A program made the translations under genes and the position numbers. From Geosiphon pyriformis uo1 (lineage: Eukaryota > Fungi > Glomeromycota), in assembly GCA_016748015.1 (NCBI GenBank), contig JAAOMT010000742.1, forward strand, positions 41,543 through 105,542: a stretch of 64,000 bases of DNA, given 5' to 3'. Numbering within the stretch: position 1 is the first letter of the stretch; the number at the start of each line of letters is the position of its first letter. Of this stretch, positions 48,901 through 62,576 are shown piece after piece. The notes below the pieces were generated by a model. That model saw only the letters and a list, made by a program, of their open reading frames with translations. It made no database searches and was not told the origin of the DNA.

Positions 48901-51900
48901 TATGAAAAGTCTAGAATAGTGTTTGGCAGTTGGTTTTTAATTTCAGTGGTTAAATATCCAATAGTAGTTTTTTCTAGTATCTTGATAGTGTTTTCCATGT
49001 TGTTATAAATAGAAATTTTAATGTGACTATGGTTCTTGGCTGGTAGGTGTAGATTGATTAATTCAATCTCTTCTGATTTACAAAGTGTTGCTTCCATCTC
49101 AAAAATCTGAATCTGATTTTTTACTTTTCTCTCTATGACTAACATGTACTGGTCATATGGTGGAATAGAAATTGATTGACTGGTGAAAATAATTTCTCTT
49201 TTGTCAACAATTTTTTTTTCTGTTATATTAACTGATATATCTATTCTATCCATTGATTTAAATCTCTGTATTCCTCTTGCTGTTATTCTTAATTCTTCCC
49301 TGTTTTTCACTGATACTAATTGAGTTATTTTAACCAGAAACAGAAATATTGCCTGTGCTATTTTTTTGTCTGGCTCTATAATGTAGGCTTTTTCTGAATT
49401 ATTTTATAGCATTGCAATAATATTTTCTACATATCTTGTGTTAATTATTTTTTCTTTGATGTTGATTTTTTTTTGCTAAGCTACTCTTAGATGCTAGTTG
49501 AACTATTGTTGTTGCTGAGATTTTTAGTGCTATTTTAAGATCAATGCAAGTGCATGAATGTGGTTTCAATTTGATGGCATCTTTTTCTGGATATTTTAGA
49601 TCAAACTTTGCATTCATATTATGTGCACATTCAGATATAATGCCTTCATTATTATCACTGAACCATTTCAAGATCTGCTTCTTGGTAAAATTAGGGAGTG
49701 CAATGTATTGTTCAGGGTTTAAATCTAAGTCTGAATCATTGTTGTTGTCATTGCTAATTTGCATAAAGCTGGAACTATTGTTTTTGTTGTTATCATTGTT
49801 AAAGTTTGAATTGGAATTAAAAGTTAATTCCAATTCTAATGCATAGCTGCTAATTGGTTTTTTCTTTTTCTGGATTGTGTAGATCATGTGTGGTGGTGGA
49901 TTGTAAATAAAATTACACTCATTACAATATTAGAAGTTACAGGGAATCAAACAATAGTTACATAATTGTGTGTTTATTTCTTTCAATCATTGCTCTTGTT
50001 TTTTTTGAATGGGTGCTAATTCTTGGTAGTGTTTGTGGAATTGTTCTGGGTCTATAGGCTTTAGGATAATATCCGGGTTTGGGCCTTAGTCAAGTTCTAT
50101 AGGTTTTGGTGGGTTGTTTTTGATCATTCTTATTTCTTCTGGTGATGCTTCTTTGATTTTGGCAAGTGCTATTCACCAGATTTTGTTGTCATTGTGTTGA
50201 CAACTATTCAGATGTTTTACTGTTTTTCTCCAAACAGCTTCTATGGAAGTCTCTTTTTTACTCAATCATTAATTAAAATCATGTATTAACATGATTTATT
50301 ACAGGTTCTTTCTCATCCAGAAATGTTGTTCCATATTCCTTTGTCTAATAGGGTTTCTTCACAAGCAAAACAAAGTTTGTTGTCCTATTTTTCTTACTTC
50401 TTTGATCTTTTAAAGTGTTCTAAGATGCATGGGCAGCAGTAGAATTTGGTTGTCATAGAGTATTTTTCATTGTCGCTGTTATTCATAGAATATAAAAAGT
50501 ATAGCAGCATATAAATTAGCCAATCAGAAGTAGTCATAGTAAATGTGGAATTCCAGAATTCCTCTCAAAAGAATTGCAAAATTCCAAGAATTTCAGGATT
50601 CTCATACAAAGAATCACAGGATTCCAGAATTCTAAAATTTTTCTTAGAAGAATTGCAGAATTTCTGGTGTGAAGAATTAAAGAATTGAGAAATCTCAATT
50701 ATGTATATATAGTAGTAGTGTTAGAAGTAAAAAAAACAAACCTCTCAGTTTAGATTTAGTCTAAGCAACTTTTCCATTCATCAATAAATAATTATTCACT
50801 ATCTCAATCTACTCTCCACTATTAACACTTTATGTTGATAGTAATTGATACTTAACTACACTGAAACAATAGCTCTTGATCACAGCTATTGACAGAATAC
50901 TAATTATTATTGCCTTGGCTTATTTTTTTATTCCTTATTTCTTGTATTTTTTTTTTTTTTTTATTGTTATTTACTAATTAATTAAAAAATTAAGCACTGA
51001 GATAAAAACGTCATAAAAACTGGTAAAAGACCTGTGAAACAAAAATAAAATACTCATAAATTTGAGAATAACTTACCAGGAGAATTACTGACTACCATGT
51101 TGAAAAAAAAATTTGACAGAATTGCGATTCTGGGAGGCTACTGAAACAACTATTAAATCTCTGTCTATTATACAAAAAACTCTACAACAAAACCTTCAGA
51201 TCAACAAAACCTTCAGATACCAACACCAAATATCAATCAAGCACCAAGTTATGGGTTTGTTATTTGATTTAAGATCCCAAATAATCACCTGTAACATTTG
51301 GTGCTCTCTGTAAGGTATAATTCTACAGAAAACCAGTACCAACTACAACCATTCCAAAAGTAACAGAAGCAAAAATAATAGGGACAAACCATTTAGGATT
51401 TGCCAAATCCTTATTCCAATAGTACAGCCAACAATTAGGATTAAACAACAACTATTATCTAATGGAATCAGTCTTTAATTTTTATGTCAATAAAAGAATC
51501 AAAGATTTCCTAAGAGTACCAGTTGATATTGAGTCAGCAAGGAAGAATTTTTACATGGAATTAATTCAACACACCAGCTTACCACGAAATCATAGTTTCA
51601 TGCCAATCATCAGGAAAATTAATCAAACCATTAAAAGATATACACAACAACAATTCCCAATTACTTATACAGACAAAGAAAAAAAAAAACTACAAATACC
51701 AACAGTAATACCAAAAAAGATCCAACCACCCACTTGGAAGAAAACTAGAGTTAAATTGCCAACAAACTCATCATACCACTATATCCTCAGAAACACCATT
51801 AACATTTCATCAACAAGTGCATTCACATCAAATACAACATCAACATTTGGATGACTCTTATTTCAAAGTAAACAAAAGAAAGCAGAATTACTAGAAACCT

Positions 51901-52600
51901 ACAGCAATTATTTTGAAAGATTTAAATTGCAATTGCCAATGCCATCAAAATTCTGATTACTGTCACCTCAACTAAATTTTGGAAACGTGAATCCCTGGGA
52001 GATAATGGAATCAGAAAAGGAGGAAGAAGAAGAAACTGAAAATTGAAAATTCACTTACCAAAACCCAATTCTGAAAAACTTGAACATTGAAACCCCAAAC
52101 TTTCAGACTCAGCAAAATCAAAATTTAGAAAATCCGGAAGTTGAAACTCCGAATTTTTAAACTTAGCAAAATTGGAATGATTGAAACCCCAATATTAATA
52201 ATTAACAACTCTTACCTTCAGTAATCGTCATAAATTCACCACCAGTTGCTTCACAACAACAGCCATCACCACAACCCCAAATTTAATTACCACTTTCACC
52301 ACCACAACAACTAAATGTAAATCCAATAGTCTATGCTCCAATAGTAAAACTTGAGAAATTCACAAAAAAAAAGAACAACACACAAGTATAACTGAATGAT
52401 ATGAAAAAAACTATCACAGCCAACAGATGGAATAATGCCAGAGCATTTCAAGCCATCCCCTATTTCTTATAAGATACTGCCAACTCATGATATCAAAGTT
52501 TAGCTGCCAAATCTTAAACATTTTAAGAATTTAAAGTTGTATTTTTAGGATATTTCAGTAATAATAACAGTATTAATTGTTTAGCCAACATCTTTACCAC

Positions 52601-53995
52601 TGTTATCAGGTGAAAGCTATGAATTTGTAACTTCTTAGCAATGACAATTGCTTTCACCTGGAATACACACATTACCATGATTATGCTACTGACTGTAGCA
52701 TATCATGGGTGTATGAACTATTTCAGTGAATGGGAGAGCAGAAAAAAGTACGTAATAATGTCATTAAAAGTGAAAGAAAGTATTGTCATTATTATTTGTT
52801 TTTGGGCAAGAACCAGTCTTAGGTATTTTAAAGGGAAAAGAGAAATCACATCTCTTTATATGTATCAGAAATGCAACCAGCAACAAGGAGAAACCAAAAC
52901 TACTTAAGAAAATTGTAACCAGAATTCTTTCAATTAGTCATTGAAAGGGTGTGGTATTCAAATGCCTGCTTTGAAAATGAAGTTATAGGAATTATAAAGG
53001 ATTGTAAGAGTAAAACATAACTGAAATAGATTTAACTTTTTATTGTTGAGACCACTCTCTAACAACATGATATTTTATTACTTATTTTTATATTTAATAA
53101 CTTGTTCGGTAAAACAAGACTTAATGTAAAATGGTAATAACACATAATTTGAAAGATCAGAAATAATAGAAAGCTTGATGATTTTTGTTTTAGCAAATAC
53201 ATAAGAAGTTATAAATAATATGATTTCAAATGGTGATAAGGAATATGGAAAGGCATACTTGAGATTGTGATAACAAGTATTTAGAGCATAGAAAAAAGAA
53301 AAAGAGAGTAGAGGAAAGGACTAACTGCTTACTATAAAACTATAGTAAAGAGTTGGCTCAGTGTTGAACTGATACTTTTCTGAACTGACAGAGAGGCTGT
53401 ATATATAGCTAAATTACATCAAATCTACATACTATATTAGAACTATTTAAAATACATCCATTATTTATATACATTTAATTAATCAATTTATAATGAGCTT
53501 ACTCGGCATGTTATTTTCTCAGAGCTAGTGATTTTTAGATGATCAGATTTAGATGGCTGAATCTAAAACATTAATTGTTAATCAATGATACCAATTGTAA
53601 TTATGATCAACGTAATCAGAAGTAAATTAATTAATTACATTTCTTGATAACTATTTTTAATCATTGATCGCAGATCTGGAATGTTAGATTGTTCTAATAA
53701 GAATATATGAGAATACAAAACCTGTTGTTATCTAATTACATGTGACAATCATTTATTTCCATTGGTGTTTCTTAGTTTGCCAAGATTTTTTTGTATTCAA
53801 CTTAATTAACTGTTGGATTGTGTCATATTTCATTGTTGTAATTGGATTGATTGCTGATCATTTATTTTCAGATTGCTGGCTGATTTTGTTGATTAAATGC
53901 GATAATATAGGTCTTTTTTTCATGATTTTAATGTTAATTTCTATTGTATGTGTTGTAATTTTTGCATTGAAAAGTGTGAAAATTTTTTGATAACA
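52601..53995 (-). mobile_element. Solo LTR of a separate family (D), 1395 bp, inserted in B3 gag
   Basis: 8-bp inverted termini TGTTATCA...TGATAACA; 4-bp TSD CCAC (52597-600, 53996-999). Removal restores gag F-T-T-I-K-Q. TATA (~53400) and AATAAA (~53040) lie on the minus strand. Confidence 0.92.
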
Positions 53996-55768
53996 CCACA
54001 ATTAAACAAAGAGAAATAGAAGCAGTTATCACTTACTTGGAATGTTTTCACAAGAACTTGTACCAAATCCAAGCAATCCAAGCTGACTACTTTACAGCAC
54101 CTCATATTCTAAACCAGTTCATCTATGGACTGCATAGTAGCATTCTTTAATGCATATGTCCAATGCATCCAGCAGATCTTCAAGCCACTGTTACAAATGC
54201 CAGAGACTTTGAAACAGCTAAACTTAAAGCTAACCATGCTTAAACCATCAATCTAGTGATGAATGGAACATCTGAATTGGATTCTAAGTTAAAACAATTC
54301 AGTAATTCCATCAACCAAAAATTAGAGGAATACTTAGCTAACAATCAAGCAATCTATCAACCTCTACAATAATGTAATAATCAAGAAAATGTGAATTGTT
54401 TTCAGAATCAGTTGTGTCTATCATTCTTGACCAATTAACAGTGGCAGTAGAAGACATGTGTTTGCCACTACTGTAGTAAACAAGAACATTTGAAGATTAA
54501 CTGCAGGTTAAAAATAGACAACCAATAATCAAGAAATCAATATTAAAACCCCAATTGCTGGTTTCCAACTCCGAGTTATCAATCCAATCCAGCACCATAT
54601 TAAGTGACTTACCTGCCAATGATGCAACAGCCAATATATCAACCACCCATATATCAACTTCCAGTTTATTAACCACCAGTAATATATCAAGCATTGCAGC
54701 CACAAATAATTTATCAAACACCTGCAGTTCAAACACTACTATTAAACCCAGCTCAAATAACATCAGGAAATCCCAGATCAAGAGTTACTTAGAACTGAAG
54801 ATTGGCAATAGTTGTTTACCAACCAATTTCCAGTTCATCCAACCAGCCATCAAGATTACAACAGCAGAGTTTAAGAACCAGATATACTCAAAACCCGAGT
54901 TCCCAGAACTATTTCAGTCTTTTGATTATCCCAGAAAATGTCTCACTCAACAACTTGGAGACAAACCAGAAATTACTTACTAACAACATACCACCAGCCA
55001 CCATCATAGAAAATAAGTTACTAGCAACTATATTTCCCTTCAAAATTAAAGAACTATCAACAACTCTTTTGTTCAGTAGAGCTGCACTTGAAGAAAAACC
55101 AATTACCACCATGTACACTAATGCCAAGTAGATGGCCATACTATCAAACTCATTCTTGATAGTGGGTTAACAGGCAGCATTATCACATAACAACTCATGA
55201 ACCAATTAGGTTGCCAAGTTGATTGTGCTACCAGTGTCAGAATAATAACAGCTGATAGAGCGACCAAGACTCCTATCAGCAAGATTGATAATTTTTCCTT
55301 TGAAGTAAATGATATTATTACTTCAATCAAAGTTTTGGTAATAGAGGTTATGCAGTACCAAGCACTAGTTGGTAATAACTAACTAGTCAAAACAAACACT
55401 GTATTTGACTAGAACATACAGGAATTACAGCTTAGTCAAAACAGTCAACACATGTGAGTACTTGCCATGTGTGGACACTTCAAACCCATCATCACACCAT
55501 CAGCCCCACTTATCAAATTTGAGGAAGAAAAAAAAAATCTACTTGAGAAGTCTATCAAGTATCTTGGGCCAACAAAGACCACAACAAGCTACCACCAATA
55601 CTCTCTTGAAATGACAATGAAAAAAGAAAATGAAAAGAAGAACTTACCTAAAATGCTGACCAGACCTAGAAAACTGACAATGATCAAGACAAACTAACAA
55701 CAACTTGGGAGTAGAAAAAAGACAATTATGAAGAAAAAAAAAAAAAAAAAAAAAAACCAACACCAACT

Positions 55769-55788
55769 NNNNNNNNNNNNNNNNNNNN
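55769..55788. other. Assembly gap (20 N) hiding the 5' part of A3 and part of B3
   Basis: Run of N; family B sequence to the left, family A integrase end to the right. Confidence 1.
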
Positions 55789-57873
55789 TAAAGTTGGAAA
55801 TAAAGTTCTTTTACACAGAACTAAAGCTGAAAAACAATGGAGTGAAAAATTTGAAAATAAATGGGATGGACCATTCTTTATTCATAAAATTCTAGGCAAT
55901 AGATCATATAAGCTAAGACTTGATGACAAAATCCTAGCAAAAGTTGCACATGGAGATCATTTGAAACACTATAATTCCAGAAACAATTCGAACCATTAAT
56001 TCCACAAATTGGCACACATTCCCCTTTAATCAATTCTGAAGATATTTCCTGGAATTTAGAACCAATAGTTGTCATTGAACAACCTCCCAACTTAAACACT
56101 TAAATTAAATTTATTATTATAGTTATCTTCTTATAATTTAGAAACAATCTCACAAAAACAAAACAAAAATAACATAAAAACCCATGCACCAAAAATAATT
56201 TTCTTTTATTTCAAATTGCTTATAATGACTATTTCTCAAAACATTTAACAATTATCCCAAAAACTAATGTTAGCTTTAAAAACAATACCCGAATTATCTA
56301 TTACTGTTACTGGAAACCACATTAATTATACCCAAACAGAAATAGTCACAAATTTAGCCCCAAATTCACGAAAATATCACTCATATAAGAAGAACATAAG
56401 AAGTTATTCTGGAATTCACTTGCCAAAACTTTTAAAGCTTGCTTTAAGAGAAAATTTAATGTTCATTCTTATTAGTATTCCACCAAATGCTACTATTCAA
56501 CAAAAACTTCAACTGTATCTTAATGAAGAAAACCACAACTATACTCCAATATATAGATATTTCTATATTGGAAAAACACTTTATGAGTGAAAACTAGAGT
56601 TTACAGCAGCAAATCTCACAAAAGAAGCTATTCGGAAACAACTCCACAACAAATTCAAGATGACAGCTGGACCTACAAACAGTCATTATAAACTAAGAGC
56701 TGCTCTTAGACTTTATGACCTATTTCATATCTGTGAAAACGTCCTACAAAACCCAATTTTACAATCTTTAAAGATTCAATATATTGGAAAGCTCACAGAA
56801 CTGAAATTTCAACAATTTTCAGACCAAATTTCTTTGATAATTTTGGATTATTATCTGGAAATTACAGACAGTACTTGGACTTCGACGGAGCTCAGTCTTG
56901 AGGAGGAGGTTATGTTACCAGATGAAATTAGAGATATTGTTTAGCATAAAATTACTCTTATAAATCTTATCATTAATTAGCATATATTATCATTTCAAAT
57001 TATTACTTATTACATTAGCAAAATATCCGAAATTATCATTTAATTAATAACCCAATTGGTACATAACACAAATGTAATCTAATTGCGATGATCAATTATG
57101 CAATACCCCAAACTATGTAACATTCAAAAAGTTCGCCAAAATTTGTAAGAAATTTGCCGAAATATCTAATAGTTCACAGAAATAACTTGTAGTTTGCCAA
57201 AATATATCTTTAGTTCAGCAAAATTATAGAAAATACCAAAGTTCAAGTTCATAAAATAGTGTTATGACAAGTTGTATAAAAGAAGAGCTTCTCTTTTCAA
57301 GGAAATATATCTTACTTTAGATTTATCTCTTAAAACTGTTCCTACACACACAAAAAGAAATAAATATCAAATAATTCAAAAAACCAAATTCTTTAATTAT
57401 TGTACTTGGAAAATCCCCAAAACCCAACTAATATTTCGAAATTAATTAGCTACCAATTTCAGTAAACTGTTAGTGACTCCAGGTCTGGATAGAAAACGTT
57501 TCCCTTGACAGAATTCTATTTTTTTTACATTTCTTTTATTTTTCTTTTATTTTCTGATTACAATCATTAAGGTAGCCTACAGACAAGATTCCTGTAAAAA
57601 AGTTGACTTTCACAGCAAAGTAACTACACATTTTTAGTGAGCTTCCAGACAAGCAGTTCCTGAGAAAGAGTTGACGTTTATTACAACATAACTACATAAA
57701 GTAACTGGCAAGGAATTGGCCATTTCACTTATAAGCCCAGCAGTTCAAATTATAGGAGATAATTTGAAGATAAATTCAGTTACTGGAGGTTCAACCACAT
57801 CCAGAAAACATGAATTCACAGCAAACAGGCATCAACAACATTTAAGAAAAGAGACCAAAAACCTCTGGTAACA
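55789..57873 (+). mobile_element. 3' part of family A element A3 (IN end, ORF3, PPT, 3' LTR 56913-57873) inserted in the Cys-rich region of a family B pol
   Basis: Reverse-complement match to 784-2240. LTR has 9-bp inverted termini TGTTACCAG...CTGGTAACA; PPT GAGGAGGAGGTTA at 56900-56912. Family B pol resumes at 57874. Confidence 0.93.
56225..56944 (+). pseudogene. Accessory ORF3 of A3
   Basis: ORFs 56267-56590 and 56660-56944 are in one frame separated by a TGA; closely similar to A1 ORF3. Confidence 0.8.
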
Positions 57874-58224
57874 GCACCCACCAGAGAATAATAGAAAGAG
57901 CATTTAGCACAGTTAAACACTCAATTATGTGACCACTGTTTAATTCCATATAACTTTCAATATTGTAATGAGTGTAACCTTATTTACAACCCACCGATCT
58001 GCATAATCTACACAATCTCAGAAGAAAAAGAACCAATTAGCAACTGCACATCAGAATCAGAATCAAATTTCAATCCTGACTCAAACCTTGACAATAATGA
58101 CGAAAATAATGGTTCCAGTTCTGTTCAAAATAGCAATAACAATGACAATGATTCTAACTCAGATTCAAACTCCAATTCAAACTACGAACAATATATTATG
58201 CTCTCTGACCTCACCAAGGAGCAA

Positions 58225-58650
58225 GAACTAAAATGGTTCAGCAACAATAATGAAGGTATCATGCCAGAATGTGCACATGATACTGATGCAGAGTTTGATC
58301 TGAGATATCCTAGAAAAGATGCCATCAAATTGGAACTACATTTACGCACTTGTATTGATCTGAAAATAACATTGGAAATTCTAGCAACCACAATGGTTCA
58401 ACTAGCATCTAGAAGTAGTTTAGCAAAAAAAGAAATTAACATCAGAGGAAGAATAATTAATACAGAATATGTAAGAAATATCATTGTTATGCTACAAAAC
58501 AATTCAGAAAAGACCTATGTAATAGAGTTAAACAAAAAAATAATGCAGGCAATATTTCTGCCTTTGGTCAAAATAGCTCAGTTAGTATCAGTGAGAAATA
58601 GGAAAGAATTAGGAATAACAGCAAGAGGGATACAGGGATTTAGATCAACA
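58225..58650 (+). pseudogene. dUTPase domain within Pol of B3
   Basis: AHDTDAEFDL, LASRSSLA, GRIINTEYVRNI, MQAIF, RGIQGFRST. Confidence 0.88.
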
Positions 58651-61600
58651 GGTAGAGTAGATATACCAATTAATATAATGGAAAAAGAGATTATTGACAA
58701 GGGAAAAATTATCTCCACTAGTTAACCAATTTCCATTCCACCATATAACCAGTATATGGTAATTATAGAAAGGAAAGTGAAGGATCAGAACCAGATTTTT
58801 GAGACAGAAGCAGCATGTTGTGGATCAGGAGAAATTGGACTCATCAATTTCCACATACCAGCCAGGAACTATAGCTGCATCAAAATTCCCATTTATAATA
58901 ACACTGGAAAAGTTATAGAGATACCAGAAGAAACCATCATAAGACATTTAACTACTAAAATAGAGGACCAACCACCAAACCCCATTCCAGACTTTCCACA
59001 GCTTTGTGGATATGTTGACATCACATCACAAATGATATATAAACAAAATGAATATTATTTGCTCCAACCAGAACAATTGGAACAAATGAACATAGAAAAA
59101 TTAGATCCACTACAATGTATGCAGCTCAAAATGTTACTTAACAATTTCAATGACATCTTTGCCAGCAAAAATAAATTTGGCAAAACTAACATCATCCAAC
59201 ATTAAATCAAGACTAGAGATACAATGCCAATTAAACAGAGAGCATACAGATTACTACCAGCTAGCCATGAGATTATTCATCAAGAAATCAATTAGATGCT
59301 TGACAACAGACTAATTTAGTCATCAATAAGTCTATGGTCATCACCAGTAGTACTAGTCCATAAAAAAAATAAAAAAATCTGCTTTTGTGTGGATTACCAA
59401 AAACTGAATAGAGTAACAAAAGAAGACAGCTATCTAATCCCAAAGATCCAAGAATTTTTTAATGCTTTAAAAGAAAAGAAATGATTTTCAATATTAGACT
59501 TAGACAGTGGTTACTGGCAAGTAGCCATAAAACCAGAAGACAAAGAGAAAACAGCTTTTACAACTTGAGAAGAAAACTTTGAATTTGAAGTAATGCCATT
59601 TGGCTTGATGAATGCTCTAGCCACTTTCCAGTGACTTATGGAAATTGTTTATACTGGGCTACTATGAAAATCAGTAGTTATATACTTGGATGACACTAAC
59701 GTGTTCTCAAAAACATTTGACTATTATCTGCATCATTTCCAACAAGTGTTTGAAAGACTAAGAAGAGTCGAATTAAAGCTAAATACAACCAAATATTTCT
59801 TTGGGAAAACTGAACTCAAGTTTTTGGAACATGTTGTAAGTAAAAATAGAATCAAAACGGATCCAGACAAGATTGAAATTGTCAAGAACTTTCTAGTACC
59901 AAATAATCTTACAGAATTGTGAACATTCTTGGAATTTGCTGGATATTACTGCCACTTTATCAAGAACTTTTCTAAAATAGCTCAATCACTACACCAACTT
60001 CAAACAAAGAACACTAAATATGAATGGACAAAAATTTAGCAAGAAGCTTTTGATACATTAAGAAGAAAGCTTATTCAAGCTTTAGTATTAATCTATTCAG
60101 ATTATAGCAAGCCATTTATAATCACAACTGATGCATCCAGTTAAGCATTGGGAGCCATATTATCTTAGAAAAGACTGGACGGACAAGAACATTCAGTAGC
60201 TTATGCAAGTAGAAGCTTAAGTCCAGCTAAAAAGAACTATGAAACTCCAGCACTGGAATACTTAGCTATTTATTGGGCTGTCACCAAATAGAAAAAATAC
60301 TTGAGCCAAAAGTTTGATGTGTATACTGACCACAAAGTATTGACTTCAATTTAGAAGTAAGAATTTGGAGATAATTGTCATGCAAGATAAAAAATAGCAC
60401 TATCACCATATATATTTACAGTACATTATAAAAAGAGAAACGACAATAGAAATGCTGATGGTTTGTCATGAATGAGACAAATCTAAAAACATTTCAAACC
60501 CAAAAATATAACAAAACATAAATATACAAAAATATCAACAACTCCAATATTACATAAATACCCAATTGTTCAAGGAGAAATTATCTCATAAGAATAAAAA
60601 AACATAAAACAAGAATCAAAATATTTTATCAATCATTTAAATATACTTTACCAAAAGAACAAAAAAAATTCAGATAAACCAACCAGAGTAATCACAGAAC
60701 CAGAAAAAAAAACAATATTGTTTAACATGCACTCAGATCCAACAGCAAGACATTTTTATAAAGAAACAACAATAGAAAGAACCAGAAAAAGATATTATTG
60801 GCCATCAATATATTCAGACATTATTTAATATGTTCAAAATTGTGATGCTTGTCAAAGAAAAAGAGGAACAAAACCCAATGAATCATTGAGACCAATCAAA
60901 GTAGAACAACCATTTGATCACATTGGAATTGACTTAGTCAGACTATTAACAATTACCAACAGAGACAACAGATATATTGCAGTAGTCATGAATTATCTCA
61001 CAAAATGGCCAGAAACAAAAGCCATTCAAAGAGCAGATGCAGAATTTGTTGTCAAATTTGTCTATCAAGACTTGATCTGTTAACACAGATGTCTAAAAAA
61101 ATTGCTATTGGATCAAATAACTCACTTTGTGAATAGAACATTAGCAGAATTAAGTCAAAAATTTGGGATAAAAAGACCATTATCATCACTATATTATTCA
61201 CAAACAAATAAATTAGTTAAAAAGTTTAATAGAATATTGTGTAAAGCTATTGCCAAAATTAGCCAAAAAAACCAGGACAAATGAAATTTAATTATATCAT
61301 TTGTATTATTTGCTTATCAGACAATAAAAGACACTATACAAGCAACACCATTCAAATTAGTATATGGTAGAACAGCAACATTACCAGTTGAGATAGAACT
61401 CAAGACATATCCAACAGAACCAATAACAGAAGAGAATTTTCAAAGAATATTATTGAAAAAAACATATAACTTAATGAAAACACTAGAAAACACATGGCGA
61501 AAAGCAACTGATAACATCTAAAAAGCACAAAAAAAACAAAAAAAAAGACACGATAACCAACTACCAGAGAAACCAGTTGAATTCAAGATCAGAACAAAGT

Positions 61601-61947
61601 ACTTCTATATTGTACTAAAGCAGAAAAACAATAGAGTGGAAAATTTGATCCCAAATGAGATAGACCATTTCACATAAAAGAAATTCTTGGAAATAGAGCT
61701 TATAAATTAAGATTGAACAACAAAATCTTAACCAAAGCAGCACATAGTGATTGACTGAAATAATATCATCACATAGCATTATTATCTACCAGTAATATTC
61801 CACAATTAGGAGTATAGAAAATACTAGTCAAACCAGATGAGATTCTACAAGATCTAGAATCAATCATAATTATTGAACCAAACACATAAATTGAACAATC
61901 AAAAGAGTATATAAAAACATAGTATACATGACAGAAGACAGTAGAAA

Positions 61948-62576
61948 ATGGAAATTACTGACAGCATACACTCATTAGCACAACAATTTTTTCAATTGAT
62001 ACAACAACAAAAGATAGAAATTACAATTAACCAACAAACTATCCAATATACAAACACCAGAAAAAAACCATAAGACAAAATACAGAGAAAAACAGAAAAC
62101 ACTATAGACAAAATAATTGCAAAAGTGAAACTAGCAATGGAAACACAACCAAAAGTAACCCAATATTAAGAGTTGACTATAGAAATTTGGAATTGGTGGA
62201 TATAACAATTTCCAAAAAACTTTTGTTATTTTTATTTAGGACAACACTTGAACATTCAGAACTTGTACATGGATAAAACAAAATAATTATTTGACACAAC
62301 AATATTGCAGCAACTGGAACAATTTGGGGAAAAAAACAATTTAACCACACAAGCAAAAACCATTTACTGGCTACACACTGGATTTCAAGATCGACCAAAA
62401 ATCTTACTCAATCCAAAAATGGACTTCATTACCATTAATCAAATGAGAAAAATAACAAATATGTAATTTGAAGACTTATAAAACAAAATAGAACAAATAA
62501 TTCTTGAAAAAAAGTTCAAGAAATACTCAAAGATGAAAATTTAGAATTAAGAGATCTCAATAAAGCTCAATATTAA
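61948..62576 (+). pseudogene. Accessory ORF3 of B3 (decayed, ~210 codons)
   Basis: Manual translation: MEITDSIHSLAQQFFQLIQQQKIEITINQQTIQYT...NFCYFYLGQHL...TTQAKTIYWLHTGFQDRPKILLNPKMDFITINQMRKITNM*FEDL*NKIEQIILEKK. Confidence 0.75.

Larger units (their letters stand above)
44437..50476 (-). mobile_element. Family B Gypsy element B2 (3' LTR, ORF3, IN, RH, RT, dUTPase, Cys-rich), inserted in B1 and interrupted by B3
   Basis: 3' LTR 44437-45321 (TGTTATAAG...GTAACA), PPT 45322-45336. Pol is collinear with 57900-61900 (WFSTLDLDSSY; dUTPase AKFDLKYP, LASKSSLA, RGIQRF). Confidence 0.92.

Noticed and set aside
55720-55768. Poly(A) tail of a retroposed element
   Set aside because: The A-run lies in a Lys/Glu-rich pol linker after G>A decay, beside the gap, with no TSD or LINE tail.
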